Source of the DNA: Kofleriaceae bacterium
GTDB taxonomy: Bacteria > Myxococcota_A > Polyangia > Haliangiales > Haliangiaceae
DNA length: 64,000 nucleotides
Reading direction: 5' to 3'
Assembly: GCA_046597055.1 (NCBI GenBank)
Contig: JBKJLC010000237.1
Coordinates: 32,001 to 96,000, forward strand
Shown here: positions 49,787-63,305 of the stretch, piece after piece
Numbering within the stretch: position 1 is the stretch's first letter
How the letters are laid out: every line of letters starts with the position of its first letter
Made by a program: the position numbers and the translations under genes
Notes under the pieces: model-generated
The model's input: the letters and a program-made list of their open reading frames with translations, nothing else
Told to the model about the DNA's origin: nothing
Databases searched by the model: none

Positions 49787-49827
49787 CCTGGCAGCGCGCG
49801 TGGGCCTCGAGCGCACGTGCGCTGCGG

Positions 49828-50547
49828 CTATTCACTGGGTAGGGGGCCGAGGGTGGCTTCGAGCTTGAAGGTCGCGGCGGCGGCCGCGCTCTGCTCGGCC
49901 TCCTTCTTGGAGCCGCCCTCGGCCCGGGCCCACTCGTCGGCGCCGATCATGACCGCGACCACGAACCGCTTGGCGTGGTCGGGTCCGATCTCGCCGATGA
50001 CCCGGTAGGTCACCTGCTCCTTGAGCCGCGCCTGCGCCATCTCCTGCAGGCGGGTCTTGAAGTCGTAGAAGCCGGTGAACTCCACGGTCTCGATCCGGGC
50101 GCCGAGCAGCCGGCCGACCAGCGCCCACGCCGCGTCGAAGCCGCCGTCGATGTAGACCGCGCCGAGCACGGCCTCGAAGGCGTCGGCCAGGATCGACTTC
50201 TTCTGGCGCCCGCCGCTGCGCTCCTCGCCCTTGCCGAGCTTCACCCACGCGCCGAGGTCGAGCCGGGCTGCGGTCTCGGCCAGGCCGGCCTCGCTCACGA
50301 CCTGGGCGCGGGTCACGGTCAGGACGCCTTCGCCGAGCTGGGGGTAGCGGTCCATCAAGCGATGGCCGACGATGAGGTCGAGCACCGCGTCGCCGAGGTA
50401 CTCGAGCCGCTGGTTGTCACGCCCGGGCTCGTCGGGGTGCTCGTTGGCCCACGAGGTGTGGCGCAGCGCGAGCTCGAGCTTCGCCGGATCGCGAAAGTGA
50501 TAGCCGAGGACCACCTCGAGCGCGTCGTAGTCGGTGCGGCCCACCAC
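49828..50547 (-). CDS. rnc: Ribonuclease III
   Basis: DNQRLEYLGDAVL, ADAFEAVLGAVYIDGG, dsRBD DFKTRLQE..GPDH..SKKEAEQ. Confidence 0.97.
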   Translation of the reverse strand: MVGRTDYDALEVVLGYHFRDPAKLELALRHTSWANEHPDEPGRDNQRLEYLGDAVLDLIVGHRLMDRYPQLGEGVLTVTRAQVVSEAGLAETAARLDLGAWVKLGKGEERSGGRQKKSILADAFEAVLGAVYIDGGFDAAWALVGRLLGARIETVEFTGFYDFKTRLQEMAQARLKEQVTYRVIGEIGPDHAKRFVVAVMIGADEWARAEGGSKKEAEQSAAAAATFKLEATLGPLPSE

Positions 50548-50575
50548 GGCGGGACCATACCAGCTACCATCGCGG

Positions 50576-53500
50576 ATGGTGGAGGCGGCACGCGCGCGCA
50601 TCGGCCGATATCACGTGCTCGGCCGGCTGGCCCAGGGCGGGATGGCCGAGGTGTACAAGGTGAAGACCGTCGGGATCGCGGGCTTCGAGAAGGTCCAGGC
50701 GCTCAAGCGGATCCTGCCGCACCAGGCCAAGGAGCCTCGGTTCATCCGCTCGTTCGTTGACGAGGCGCGCATCGCGGTCGAGCTGTCGCACCGCAACATC
50801 GTGCAGGTGTTCGATTTCGGCGAGGCCGACGGCGACCTGTACCTCGCGATGGAGCTGATCGAGGGCAAGGACCTGCGGACCGCGCAGGTCGAGGCCGCCG
50901 CCTACGCCCTGCCCTTGCCGGCCAACCTGGCCGCCTACGTCATCGCCGAGATCGGCGCCGGCCTCGACTACGCGCACCGCAAGGTCGACGGCATGGGTGG
51001 CTCGCTCGGCATCGTCCACTGCGACGTGTCGCCGGCCAACGTGATGCTGTCGACCGAGGGCTACGTGAAGATCCTCGACTTCGGCGTGGCCCGCGCCAGC
51101 TTCGCCAGCGCGGTCGAGCGGCGGCGCCTGCGCGGCAAGCCACGCTACATGGCGCCCGAGCAGACCTACGGCGAGACTCCGACCCCGGCGACCGACGTGT
51201 TCGCGCTCGGGATCGTCGCGTGGGAGCTCCTGACCGGCGCGCCGCTGTTCGACGGCGCCGATCTCAAGTCGATCTTGCACGCGGTCCGGCGCGGCCAGGC
51301 GCCGCGGGTCGACCGGCTGGCGCCCGACGTGCCCGACGAGCTGGTCGCCGCGGTCGCGCGCGCGCTGGTGCTCGAGCCGCTCGAGCGCGGCACCGCGGCC
51401 GATCTCGCGGGCGCCGCGGCGGCGACCGCGGCCGGCGCCGGGCCCCGCGCGCTGGCGGCGTGGCTCGACGAGCTGAACCGGCGCGGCGCGGTGCCCGAGC
51501 CGTTCACCGACGCCGCCCCCGGACCCGCGGTGATCGAGCTGACGTCCGACACCGTGACCCGCGCACCGCCGGAGCCGCCGGCGGTGGCCGAGCCGGCCGC
51601 GACGACCCGGCTGCGGCGCCGGCTGACGGCGCCGGCGCCCGACGAGGACCTGCCGACCCGGGTCCACGGCGCGGCGGTCACCAGCACCACGGCGGCCGCG
51701 CTGCGCGAGCTGGCGGCGCTCGAGGTCGCGATGCACGAGCCGACCCGGCTCGAGCTGCCGTCGTTCATGTGGGAGGGCATGGACGTCGACGCCGCCGACG
51801 AGCGCCTGGTGCCCGGGCTGGCCAGCAGCCTCGGCGCGGTGGCGGCGATCATGACGGGGGCCGGCACCGGGTCTGGCGTCGGCACTGGCACCGGGCTGGA
51901 CCTCGGCACCGGGCCCCGGCGCGGCTCTGGGCTGATCGGGCTGGCCTCGCTCGACGAGTCGACCGAGCTGCCGGCCGCGGCCTGGACCGGCGACCTGACC
52001 CATGCCGGGCCCGGCTACCTCGAGTCGATCGACGACCCGGCCCCGCTGGCGAGGGTCCCGCGGCTGCCCGAGCACCGGCGCGCGGTGATCGTCGCGGCCG
52101 CGATCGACGGCCCGCCCGAGGTCACCGCCCGGCTGGCGCAGACGCTCGGGGAGCTCGCCTACCGGCGCGGCGGGCTGGTGGTCGCCGACGATCCGGTGGT
52201 CGCCTTCGGGCTCGAGACCGCGTCCGAGGAGGACGCCGCGACCGCGCTGGCGTTCGCGCTCGACGCCCAGCTGGCGGCGCGCGAGGCGCGGGGGCCGGTG
52301 GTGCGGATCGGCGCCCGGGCCGGCGTGACGATCGGCGGCCTGCTCGGCGGCGGCCTGGCCCGGCCCCGGGTCCCGGCCGACGCGCTCGACGAGGCGCGGG
52401 CGCTGGCCCGCGAGGCGCCTCCCGAGCGACCGCTGCTGTCGGGGCCGCCGGGCCGGCTCGCCACCGCCAGCTTCCATCTGCGCGAGCAGCCGGCCCCGCG
52501 CCGCCTGCACCGACGTCACCGCGCGGTCGAGGTCGCCGGCCGCCGCACCGTCGACGAGCGGGCGCGCCTGCTGGTCCGCCGCGGGGGGTTCGTCGGCCGC
52601 GCCGGCGAGCTGGCCGCGCTGACCGCGATCTTCGAGCGCGCGGTCGCGGGCCGGGTCCGGCGGACCGCGCTGGTGCGGGGCCGGGCTGGCGCCGGCAAGA
52701 GCCGCCTGCTCGCCGAGCTGCGGGCCCGGATGAGCGCAGCCGGCGTGCTGGTGGTCGCCGCCGCGGCCAGCCCGGGCAGCCGCCTCGAGCCGTTCGGGCT
52801 GGCGGTCGAGCTGGGGCTCGCGCTGTGCGACGTGCCGGCCGAGCGGGGTCGCGAGGCCCGCGGTCGCGCCGGCCAGCGGCTCGCGCGCGTGCTCGAGCGC
52901 AGCGGGCTGCCGCTGGCGAGCGCCGCGCAGGCGATCGACGCGTTCGCCACCGCGATGGAGCTGCGCGACGGCCAGGCGCCGGCCACCCCGCCGCCCGACG
53001 AGCTGCGCGGGCAGCTGGTCGCGTGCCTGACCGCGGTCGCGACCGCCGAGCACCCGGGCCGGCCGAGGCTGATCGTGATCGAGGATCTCCACCTCGCCGA
53101 TCCGGCCAGCCTCCCGGTGGTCCACGCGTGGGCCGCCGGGGCCGCCGATCGCGGCGAGCTGATCGTGATGACCGCGCGATCGCATCACCCGGGCGGCGCG
53201 GTCGACCTCGCGATCGAGCTCGGCGAGCTGGACGGCACCGACGCCGACGCGCTGGCCGCCGATCGCCTGGCCGACGCCGCCTCGGCCGAGACCATCGCCG
53301 CGGTGCTGGCGCGAGCCGGCCGCCTGCCGCTCCTGATCGAGGAGGTCGCGGCCGCGGTCCACGACGGCGTCGCCGAGATCCCGCCGGCGGCGCGCGACGC
53401 GATCGCGGCGCAGGCCGCCCTGCTCGAGCCGGGCGCGCGGCTGGTGCTGCAGCACGCCGCGGTCGCCGGCGAGCCGGTGCGCGCGTCGATCCTCGCCGAG

Positions 53501-55138
53501 CTGCTCGGCGCCGGCGAGCTCACCGCCGAGCTGGCCGCGCTGTGCGAGCGCGGCCTGTTCGCGCGCGAGGGCGGCGCGCCCGACGCGCCGGTCGGGTTCG
53601 CGTGCGGCCTGGTCCGCGAGGCGATCTACGACGCGCTGTCGCCGCGGGCGCGGCGCGATGCCCACGCCCGGGTCGGCCGGGTCCACGCCGGGCGCTTTCA
53701 CCTCCATCGCGACGAGCCGCCGGCCGCGATCGCGGCCCACCTCGAGCTCGGCGGCGATCGCGCCGGCGCCGCCGCGTTCTGGCTGCGCGCGGCCCGCGAC
53801 GCCATCGCCACCCGCGACCTCACCGGCGCGCTCGGCCATCTCGACCGCACGCTCGCGCTCGAGGCCGAGCTGGGCGGACCGCCCCCGAGCGCGGCGTCGG
53901 CGGCGCGGCGCTGGGAGGCGCGCCTGGGCCGCGAGGCGATCTACCGGGCGCGCGGCGACCTCGACACCCACGCCGAGGATCTCGACGAGCTGGCCGCGCT
54001 CGCGGGCGACGATCGGGTCGGGCTGGCCGAGGTCGCGGTGCGGCGCGCGGCCCGGCTGGTCCGGCGCGGCGCCGCCAGCGGCGACGCCGCCAGCACCGAC
54101 GCGGTGGCGTGCGCCGACCTCGCCGGTGACGACCGGCTGCGCGGGGGGGCGCTGATCGTGCGCTGCGTCGCCGCCGGCCAGCGCGCGCGGTTCGGCGAGG
54201 CCCGCGCGACCCTGGCGCAGGCGACCGCGATCGGGCGCGGCCCGGCCGGCGACGACCCCGCGGCCGCGCTCGCGATGGCCCAGCTCCAGCTGTGGCGCGG
54301 CGCGGTCGACGGCGCCCGCGACACCGCCGGCCGGGTGATGACGGCCCTGGAGCGCGGCGGCGATCCCGAGCTCGAGCGCGCGGCGCGGCGGCTGCTCGCG
54401 CACGTGCAGCTGTGCCTGGGCGATTATCTCGACGCCGCGGCCCACGCGACCCGCGCCCGCGAGCTCGACGATCGGGTCGGCGATCGCCTCGGGCGCTGCG
54501 AGTCGATCGCGGTCGCCGCCGCGATCGCGGCCCACGTCGGCCGGTTCGGCGATGCCGCCGCCGGCTTCGCGGCCGCGCTCGAGCCGGGCCCAGGCCCGTC
54601 GTGGGCGCGGGCCCAGGCGCTGGTGTGGGCCGGCGAGGCCGAGCTCGGCCGCGGCACCGGCGGGGCCCGGGCCCGGTTCACCGAGGCGCTCGAGCTGGCC
54701 CGCGACCTGCGCGCGCCGTACCTCGAGGCGCGCGCGCTGACCGGCCTGGCCGGCGCGGCCCTCGGGGTCGACGATGCCGGCGCGGTCGAGCACGCCACCC
54801 GCGGCCTCGAGCTCGCGACCAACCTCGAGCTGGGTGCCATCGCGGCGCTGGCCGCAGCCCGGCGCGCCCACGCCGCCCACGCGCTCGGGCTGGCCGCGGT
54901 CGCCGAGTCCGCGAGCGCGGCTGCGCTGGCCCGGCCCGAGGCCTGCCTGCTCGACACGCCGTGCGAGGAGGTCTGGCTGCGGATCGCCGACGTGTGCGCC
55001 GACCGCGACCCGGCGCACGCGACCGCGCTGCGCGACCAGGCCCGCGCCAGCGTCCACGCCAAGCTGCGCCGGGTAGGTGACGCCGCGGCGGCGGCCGCGC
55101 TGCGCGCCATGCCGCTGTACCGGGGGCTCCTGCCGTGA
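50576..55138 (+). CDS. Ser/Thr kinase - degenerate class III cyclase - AAA/STAND ATPase - TPR protein
   Basis: QGGMAEV, HCDVSPAN, DFG, YMAPE; VAFG..EDA and VRIG cyclase remnants; FVGR..EL, GRAGAGKS, IEDLH; helical repeats. Confidence 0.88.
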   Translation: MVEAARARIGRYHVLGRLAQGGMAEVYKVKTVGIAGFEKVQALKRILPHQAKEPRFIRSFVDEARIAVELSHRNIVQVFDFGEADGDLYLAMELIEGKDLRTAQVEAAAYALPLPANLAAYVIAEIGAGLDYAHRKVDGMGGSLGIVHCDVSPANVMLSTEGYVKILDFGVARASFASAVERRRLRGKPRYMAPEQTYGETPTPATDVFALGIVAWELLTGAPLFDGADLKSILHAVRRGQAPRVDRLAPDVPDELVAAVARALVLEPLERGTAADLAGAAAATAAGAGPRALAAWLDELNRRGAVPEPFTDAAPGPAVIELTSDTVTRAPPEPPAVAEPAATTRLRRRLTAPAPDEDLPTRVHGAAVTSTTAAALRELAALEVAMHEPTRLELPSFMWEGMDVDAADERLVPGLASSLGAVAAIMTGAGTGSGVGTGTGLDLGTGPRRGSGLIGLASLDESTELPAAAWTGDLTHAGPGYLESIDDPAPLARVPRLPEHRRAVIVAAAIDGPPEVTARLAQTLGELAYRRGGLVVADDPVVAFGLETASEEDAATALAFALDAQLAAREARGPVVRIGARAGVTIGGLLGGGLARPRVPADALDEARALAREAPPERPLLSGPPGRLATASFHLREQPAPRRLHRRHRAVEVAGRRTVDERARLLVRRGGFVGRAGELAALTAIFERAVAGRVRRTALVRGRAGAGKSRLLAELRARMSAAGVLVVAAAASPGSRLEPFGLAVELGLALCDVPAERGREARGRAGQRLARVLERSGLPLASAAQAIDAFATAMELRDGQAPATPPPDELRGQLVACLTAVATAEHPGRPRLIVIEDLHLADPASLPVVHAWAAGAADRGELIVMTARSHHPGGAVDLAIELGELDGTDADALAADRLADAASAETIAAVLARAGRLPLLIEEVAAAVHDGVAEIPPAARDAIAAQAALLEPGARLVLQHAAVAGEPVRASILAELLGAGELTAELAALCERGLFAREGGAPDAPVGFACGLVREAIYDALSPRARRDAHARVGRVHAGRFHLHRDEPPAAIAAHLELGGDRAGAAAFWLRAARDAIATRDLTGALGHLDRTLALEAELGGPPPSAASAARRWEARLGREAIYRARGDLDTHAEDLDELAALAGDDRVGLAEVAVRRAARLVRRGAASGDAASTDAVACADLAGDDRLRGGALIVRCVAAGQRARFGEARATLAQATAIGRGPAGDDPAAALAMAQLQLWRGAVDGARDTAGRVMTALERGGDPELERAARRLLAHVQLCLGDYLDAAAHATRARELDDRVGDRLGRCESIAVAAAIAAHVGRFGDAAAGFAAALEPGPGPSWARAQALVWAGEAELGRGTGGARARFTEALELARDLRAPYLEARALTGLAGAALGVDDAGAVEHATRGLELATNLELGAIAALAAARRAHAAHALGLAAVAESASAAALARPEACLLDTPCEEVWLRIADVCADRDPAHATALRDQARASVHAKLRRVGDAAAAAALRAMPLYRGLLP

Positions 55139-55201
55139 CTGCCGCCTGACTTTGCCGATCTGAGGCGCAATCCCGCGGTCGGCGCAGGGCATCCTACCCG
55201 C

Positions 55202-56179
55202 ATGAAGATCGTCATCCCCGGTGGCACCGGCCAGCTCGGTCAGCTCCTGGTCCGCGAACTCGGCGCGGCCGGGCACCACGTGGTCGTGCTGGGTCGCAGG
55301 GCGGCGCCCGGCGTGATCGCGTGGGACGGCGAGACCCTGGGCGCGTGGGCCGACGAGATCGACGGGGCCGACGTCGTCATCAACCTCGCTGGCCGCACCG
55401 TCAACTGCCGCTACACCGAGGCCAACCTGCGCGAGATGCTCGACTCGCGGGTGCGCTCGACCACCGTGGTCGGCCTGGCGATCGCGCGCGCGCCGCGCCC
55501 GCCCCGGGTGTGGCTGCAGATGAGCACCGCGACGATCTACGCCCACACCCTCGACCGCGCGCAGGACGAGGCGTCCGGCCAGCTCGGCGGCGACGAGCCC
55601 GGCGTGCCGGCCTACTGGAAGCGCTCGGTCGACATCGCGCGGGCCTGGGAGGCCGCGCTCGACGCGGCGCCGACCCCGAGCACCCGCAAGGTGGCGCTGC
55701 GCACCGCGATGGTGATGGACCCCGAGCCCGGCGGCATCTTCGACGTGCTGTGCGGCCTGGTCCGACGCCGGCTGGGCGGGCCCGCCGCCGGGGGCGGCCA
55801 GTATGTGTCGTGGATCCACGACCGCGACTTCGTGCGCGCCATCCAGTTCCTGATCGCGAACGACGAGCTGTCGGGCCCGGTCAATTTGTGCGCCCCCGAG
55901 CCGCTGCCGCAGCGCGAGCACATGGCCGGGCTGCGCCGCGCGCTCGACGTCGGGCTCGGCCTGCCGGCGACCCGCTGGATGCTCGCGATCGGCGCGTGGG
56001 CGATGCGCACCGATCCCGAGCTCTTGCTCAAGAGCCGGCGGGTGGTGCCGGGCCGCCTGCGCGCGGCCGGCTTCACCTTCAGCCAGCCGGCGTGGCCGGC
56101 GGCCGCGGTCGAGCTGGTCGCGCGCTGGCGGGCGGCCCGGGCACCGAGCGCGCTGCGACCGGCGCGCGCCGCGAGCTGA
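55202..56179 (+). CDS. TIGR01777 family NAD-dependent epimerase (YfcH-like)
   Basis: GGTGQLG, INLAGR, QYVSWIH, GPVNLCAP, LLKSRRVVP. Confidence 0.9.
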   Translation: MKIVIPGGTGQLGQLLVRELGAAGHHVVVLGRRAAPGVIAWDGETLGAWADEIDGADVVINLAGRTVNCRYTEANLREMLDSRVRSTTVVGLAIARAPRPPRVWLQMSTATIYAHTLDRAQDEASGQLGGDEPGVPAYWKRSVDIARAWEAALDAAPTPSTRKVALRTAMVMDPEPGGIFDVLCGLVRRRLGGPAAGGGQYVSWIHDRDFVRAIQFLIANDELSGPVNLCAPEPLPQREHMAGLRRALDVGLGLPATRWMLAIGAWAMRTDPELLLKSRRVVPGRLRAAGFTFSQPAWPAAAVELVARWRAARAPSALRPARAAS

Positions 56180-56188
56180 CCGGGCCGG

Positions 56189-57316
<1,128 letters not shown>

Positions 57317-57343
57317 CGCGTGGTACGAATGCCACCTCCCGCC

Positions 57344-58696
57344 ATGGCACGCAAGCACGAGCCTCTGGTCGTCCGCGCCGAACGGCTCGACGACGCCGGC
57401 GCCGGCGTCGGCACCGCCGGCGACCGGACGATCCACGTCACCGACCTGCTGCCCGGCGAGGCGGCCGAGGTTCACCTCGAGCACCAGAGCCCGCACCGGC
57501 CCGAAGCCTGGGCCCGCGCCGTGCGCCGGCTGGGCCCGGCGTCCGCCGATCGGACCGAGCCCGCGTGCCCCGGCTGGGGCCACTGCGGCGGCTGCGCCTG
57601 GCAGCACCTCGCCTACCCGGCCCAGCTGCAGATCAAGCAGGGGCGCGTGGCGGCCGCGCTGGCCAGCTGCTTGCCGCCGGGCGTCGCGGTCGCCCCGGTG
57701 GTGCCGTCGCCGCAGCGCCTGGGCTACCGCGCCAAGGGCAAGTACGTGGTCGCCGATCGCCGGGGCACGCTGGTGCTCGGCGCGTGGGCGCCGCGCTCGC
57801 ACGTGCTGGTCGACACCGCGCGCTGTCAGGTGGTCGCGCCGCTGATCGACGAGCTGCGCGGCCGCGCGCGCGAGGCCTGCGCCAGCGCCGGCCTGGTTGC
57901 CTACGACGAGCGGACCCGCGCCGGCGTGCTGCGCTACGTGATCATCCGGGCCGGCCAGGACGATCGCGCGCTGGTCGTGCTGGTGGTCCGCTCGGCGGCC
58001 GACGCCGCCCAGGTCACCGCCGCGGCGCACGCGATCGCGCTCGATCCGCGGGTCGCCGGGGTGGTCCGGCTCGACAACGATCGCGACGACGGCGCCATCG
58101 TCGACGGCGACGGTCACGCGCTGATCGGCGCCGATCACGTGCTCGGCCAGGTCGCCGGGGTCGAGGTCGCGCTGGGCGCCGGCGAGTTCGCCCAGGTCAA
58201 CCCGGCCCAGGCCGACGTCATGTACGCCCGGGTGGCGGCGCTCGCCGGCGTCGGGCCTGGCGATCGCGCGGTCGACGTCTACGCCGGCCTGGGCGGCATC
58301 TCGTTCGCGCTGGCCCGCACCGGCGCCGACGTGATCGCGATCGAGCACGACGCCAGCGCGGTCGCGGCCCTGGCCGCCGCCGCCACCCGCGCCGGGCTCG
58401 GCGATCGCATCGACGCCCGCACCGGCGACGCGGCCACCCTCAGCGCGGTCGTCGGACCGGTCGCGGTGGTGGTCGTCAACCCGCCGCGACGCGGCCTGAC
58501 CCCGGCCGCCTGCGCCGCGGTCGCCGCCAGCCCGGCCGGCCGCCTCATCTATGTCAGCTGCGGCCCCGACTCGCTCGCGCGCGACCTGACCGCCCTGGCC
58601 GCCGCCGGCTGGACGGTCGAGACCGTGGAGCCGTTCGATCTGATGCCGGGGACCAGCCAGGTCGAGACCGTGGTGCGCGCGGTGCGGCGCGGGTAG
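57344..58696 (+). CDS. rlmD: 23S rRNA m5U methyltransferase (RlmD/TrmA family)
   Basis: C-x5-CGGC, FAQVN, DVYAGLG, NPPRRG, YVSC, DLMP.T..VE. Confidence 0.9.
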   Translation: MARKHEPLVVRAERLDDAGAGVGTAGDRTIHVTDLLPGEAAEVHLEHQSPHRPEAWARAVRRLGPASADRTEPACPGWGHCGGCAWQHLAYPAQLQIKQGRVAAALASCLPPGVAVAPVVPSPQRLGYRAKGKYVVADRRGTLVLGAWAPRSHVLVDTARCQVVAPLIDELRGRAREACASAGLVAYDERTRAGVLRYVIIRAGQDDRALVVLVVRSAADAAQVTAAAHAIALDPRVAGVVRLDNDRDDGAIVDGDGHALIGADHVLGQVAGVEVALGAGEFAQVNPAQADVMYARVAALAGVGPGDRAVDVYAGLGGISFALARTGADVIAIEHDASAVAALAAAATRAGLGDRIDARTGDAATLSAVVGPVAVVVVNPPRRGLTPAACAAVAASPAGRLIYVSCGPDSLARDLTALAAAGWTVETVEPFDLMPGTSQVETVVRAVRRG

Positions 58697-58769
58697 CGGG
58701 GCCATGCCGATGCCCGAGGGCCCGGGTGAAAAACTGGCCCCGGCCGCGATCGATCCCTAGCCTCGACCG

Positions 58770-59612
58770 GTGCGCCCGAAGCTCGCCGCCGCCCTGCTCG
58801 GCTCGCTCGCGGCCGCGCTGGGCTGTGGGCCGCGCGGGCTGCTGACGTCGTCGCCGATCGTCGGGCACGCGCGGCTGGGCGATCTGGAGCTGGCCTCGGC
58901 CGAGCCAGATCGCGGCCCCGAGGAGACCGAACCACCGGCACGCACCCACGCGCCCGCGGCGGCGTCGGTGGTGCTGCCGCCTGCGCTCACGACCCCGGCG
59001 GCCGCGCTCCACGTCGACGCGGCGGTGCTGATCGATGGGGCCCCGGCCGCGCCCGGCGCGTCCGAGCCCGGCTCGATCGTGATCTCGCGGCTGCCGGCCC
59101 CGCACCGCACGGTCCCGGTCGCACCCGGCGAACCAGCGGCGCCGCTGACCGTCGCTGGGGCCCGCGCGCTGGTCGGCCGCCGCGATCCGCGCGCGCCGTT
59201 CGAGCTCGCGCTCGCGGTCGCCACCGCGCTGACCAGAGCGCCCGCCCCGCGCGCGACCGACGGCCCCGCGCTGGTCGCGTGGGCCGAGGCGAGCGGCACG
59301 TGGGCCGCGCTGCCGGCCGCCTCGCTCGAGCCGGGCGACCTGGTCGTCCTGGATCGTGCGGTCGACGACGCGCCGGCCTCGCTGGTGGCGGTCGTGCTCG
59401 CCACCGACCTCCGCGGCGTCACCGAGCTGCTCTACCTCGGGCGCGGCGTGATCCGCCGCGGCTTCCTCGATCCCGCGCGCTCGGCGCTGGCTCGCGACGC
59501 CGACGGCAGGGTCGTGAACAGCTTCGTCCGGCACGGCGCCGCCTATCCGCCCGCGGGCACCCGCTATCTCGCCGGCGAGCTGGCGATCGGCCGGGTCCGC
59601 CCCCCGCGGTAG
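58770..59612 (+). CDS. Lipoprotein with degenerate NlpC/P60-like C-terminus
   Basis: Lipobox ALGC; PGDLVVLD ... VAVV ... NSFVR pattern without catalytic Cys/His. Confidence 0.55.
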   Translation: MRPKLAAALLGSLAAALGCGPRGLLTSSPIVGHARLGDLELASAEPDRGPEETEPPARTHAPAAASVVLPPALTTPAAALHVDAAVLIDGAPAAPGASEPGSIVISRLPAPHRTVPVAPGEPAAPLTVAGARALVGRRDPRAPFELALAVATALTRAPAPRATDGPALVAWAEASGTWAALPAASLEPGDLVVLDRAVDDAPASLVAVVLATDLRGVTELLYLGRGVIRRGFLDPARSALARDADGRVVNSFVRHGAAYPPAGTRYLAGELAIGRVRPPR

Positions 59613-59701
59613 CTCGGCGATCCACGCTGCACCGCCATCCGGGCGCCTCGGCCGCGATCATCGTTCGACTTATCCATTCGCGGGCCCTAAGCTGCGCCGC
59701 C

Positions 59702-59784
59702 GCCCGGATGGTGGAATGGTAGACACGCACCCCTTAAAAGGGTGTGAGAGCAATCTCGTGCCGGTTCGAGTCCGGTTCCGGGTA
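59702..59784 (+). tRNA. tRNA-Leu(TAA)
   Basis: Acceptor GCCCGGA/TCCGGGT, anticodon arm CACCC-CTTAAAA-GGGTG, long variable arm GAGA-GCAA-TCTC, T-loop TTCGAGT, discriminator A; CCA not encoded. Confidence 0.95.
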
Positions 59785-59824
59785 CTCCTTTGCGGCGCGG
59801 CTCCGACGCGGTAAAGAACGGGGG

Positions 59825-60799
<975 letters not shown>

Positions 60800-60820
60800 T
60801 CGACGACCAGGTGGCCCTGG

Positions 60821-62262
<1,442 letters not shown>

Positions 62263-62266
<4 letters not shown>

Positions 62267-63195
62267 GGGACGATGCTATCACGCTCGCGGCGCGCCACCG
62301 ACCCCGCGACCCGTGCACCTGGTGGGACGCTGGAGGTGACGAAGGCGTTGCCGCCGATCACCGCGCCCTTGCCGATGACGGTATCGCCGCCCAGGATGGT
62401 GGCCCCGGCGTAGATGACGACGTCGTCCTCGATGGTCGGGTGCCGCCTCGAGCCGGGGGCCGGCCGCTCCTCGGTGCGTGGCACGCTGAGCGCCCCCAGG
62501 GTCACCCCCTGGTAGATACGGACCCGGTCGCCGATCACCGAGGTCTCGCCGATCACGACCCCGGTGCCGTGGTCGATGAAGAACGAGCGGCCGATCTGGG
62601 CGCCCGGGTGGATGTCGATCCCGGTGCGCTGGTGGGCGAGCTCGGTCATCATCCGGGGCACGATCACCGCGCCCTCGTGGAGCAGCGCGTTGGCGATCCG
62701 CCACACCGTGGTCGCGTACAGCCCGGGATAGCAGACGATGATCTCGTCGGCCCCGGTCGCGGCCGGGTCGCCCTCGAAGGCGGCCTGGATGTCGGTCGCG
62801 AGCGCCTCGCGCAACGACGGCAGCCGGGTCAGGAACCGGGCCACGACCTGCTCGCCGCGGGTCGCGCAGTCGGGGCAGTCGGGGTCGCTGGTGGTGTTGG
62901 TGATCTGGATACGATGGTTGAACGCCCGGTAGACCTCGCGGCGCAGGCTGTTGCGCAGCTCGTCGATCCGCTCGCGGACCAGGTCGCGCAGCTCGGTCGG
63001 CGTCAGCCGGGTCGCGTTGGTGCCAGCGAAGCCAGGAAACAGGAGCGCGCGGCACTGGTCGACGACCCGGGCGACCTGCTGCTCCGACGGCAGCTCGTAG
63101 CCGCCGAGGTGCTGCATGCCGGCGTGACAGGCCTGATAGCTCGTCAGCAACTGGGTCGCGACGTCGTCAGTCACGTTGCCGGAGCGAGCACTCAT
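62263..63195 (-). CDS. cysE: Serine O-acetyltransferase (CysE/EpsC type)
   Basis: GDPAA, TGIDIHPGA, FFIDHGTGVVIGET, IYQGVTLG, RHPTIED. Confidence 0.93.
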
Positions 63196-63305
63196 GGCCC
63201 AGGTTGTAGCGCGAGGCGCCCGCGCCGCCTATGGTTTCGCGGTCACCCGCCGGGGGCCCGATCTCTGCCACCGGCGCGGGCACCTGCCCACTCGGCCGGT
63301 GACCC

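Noticed and set aside
50564..55921. Very long antisense and alternate-frame ORFs (e.g. 1785 aa here, and many others in the track)
   Set aside because: Shadow ORFs expected at this GC; they mirror genes with clear motifs and have no recognisable domains.
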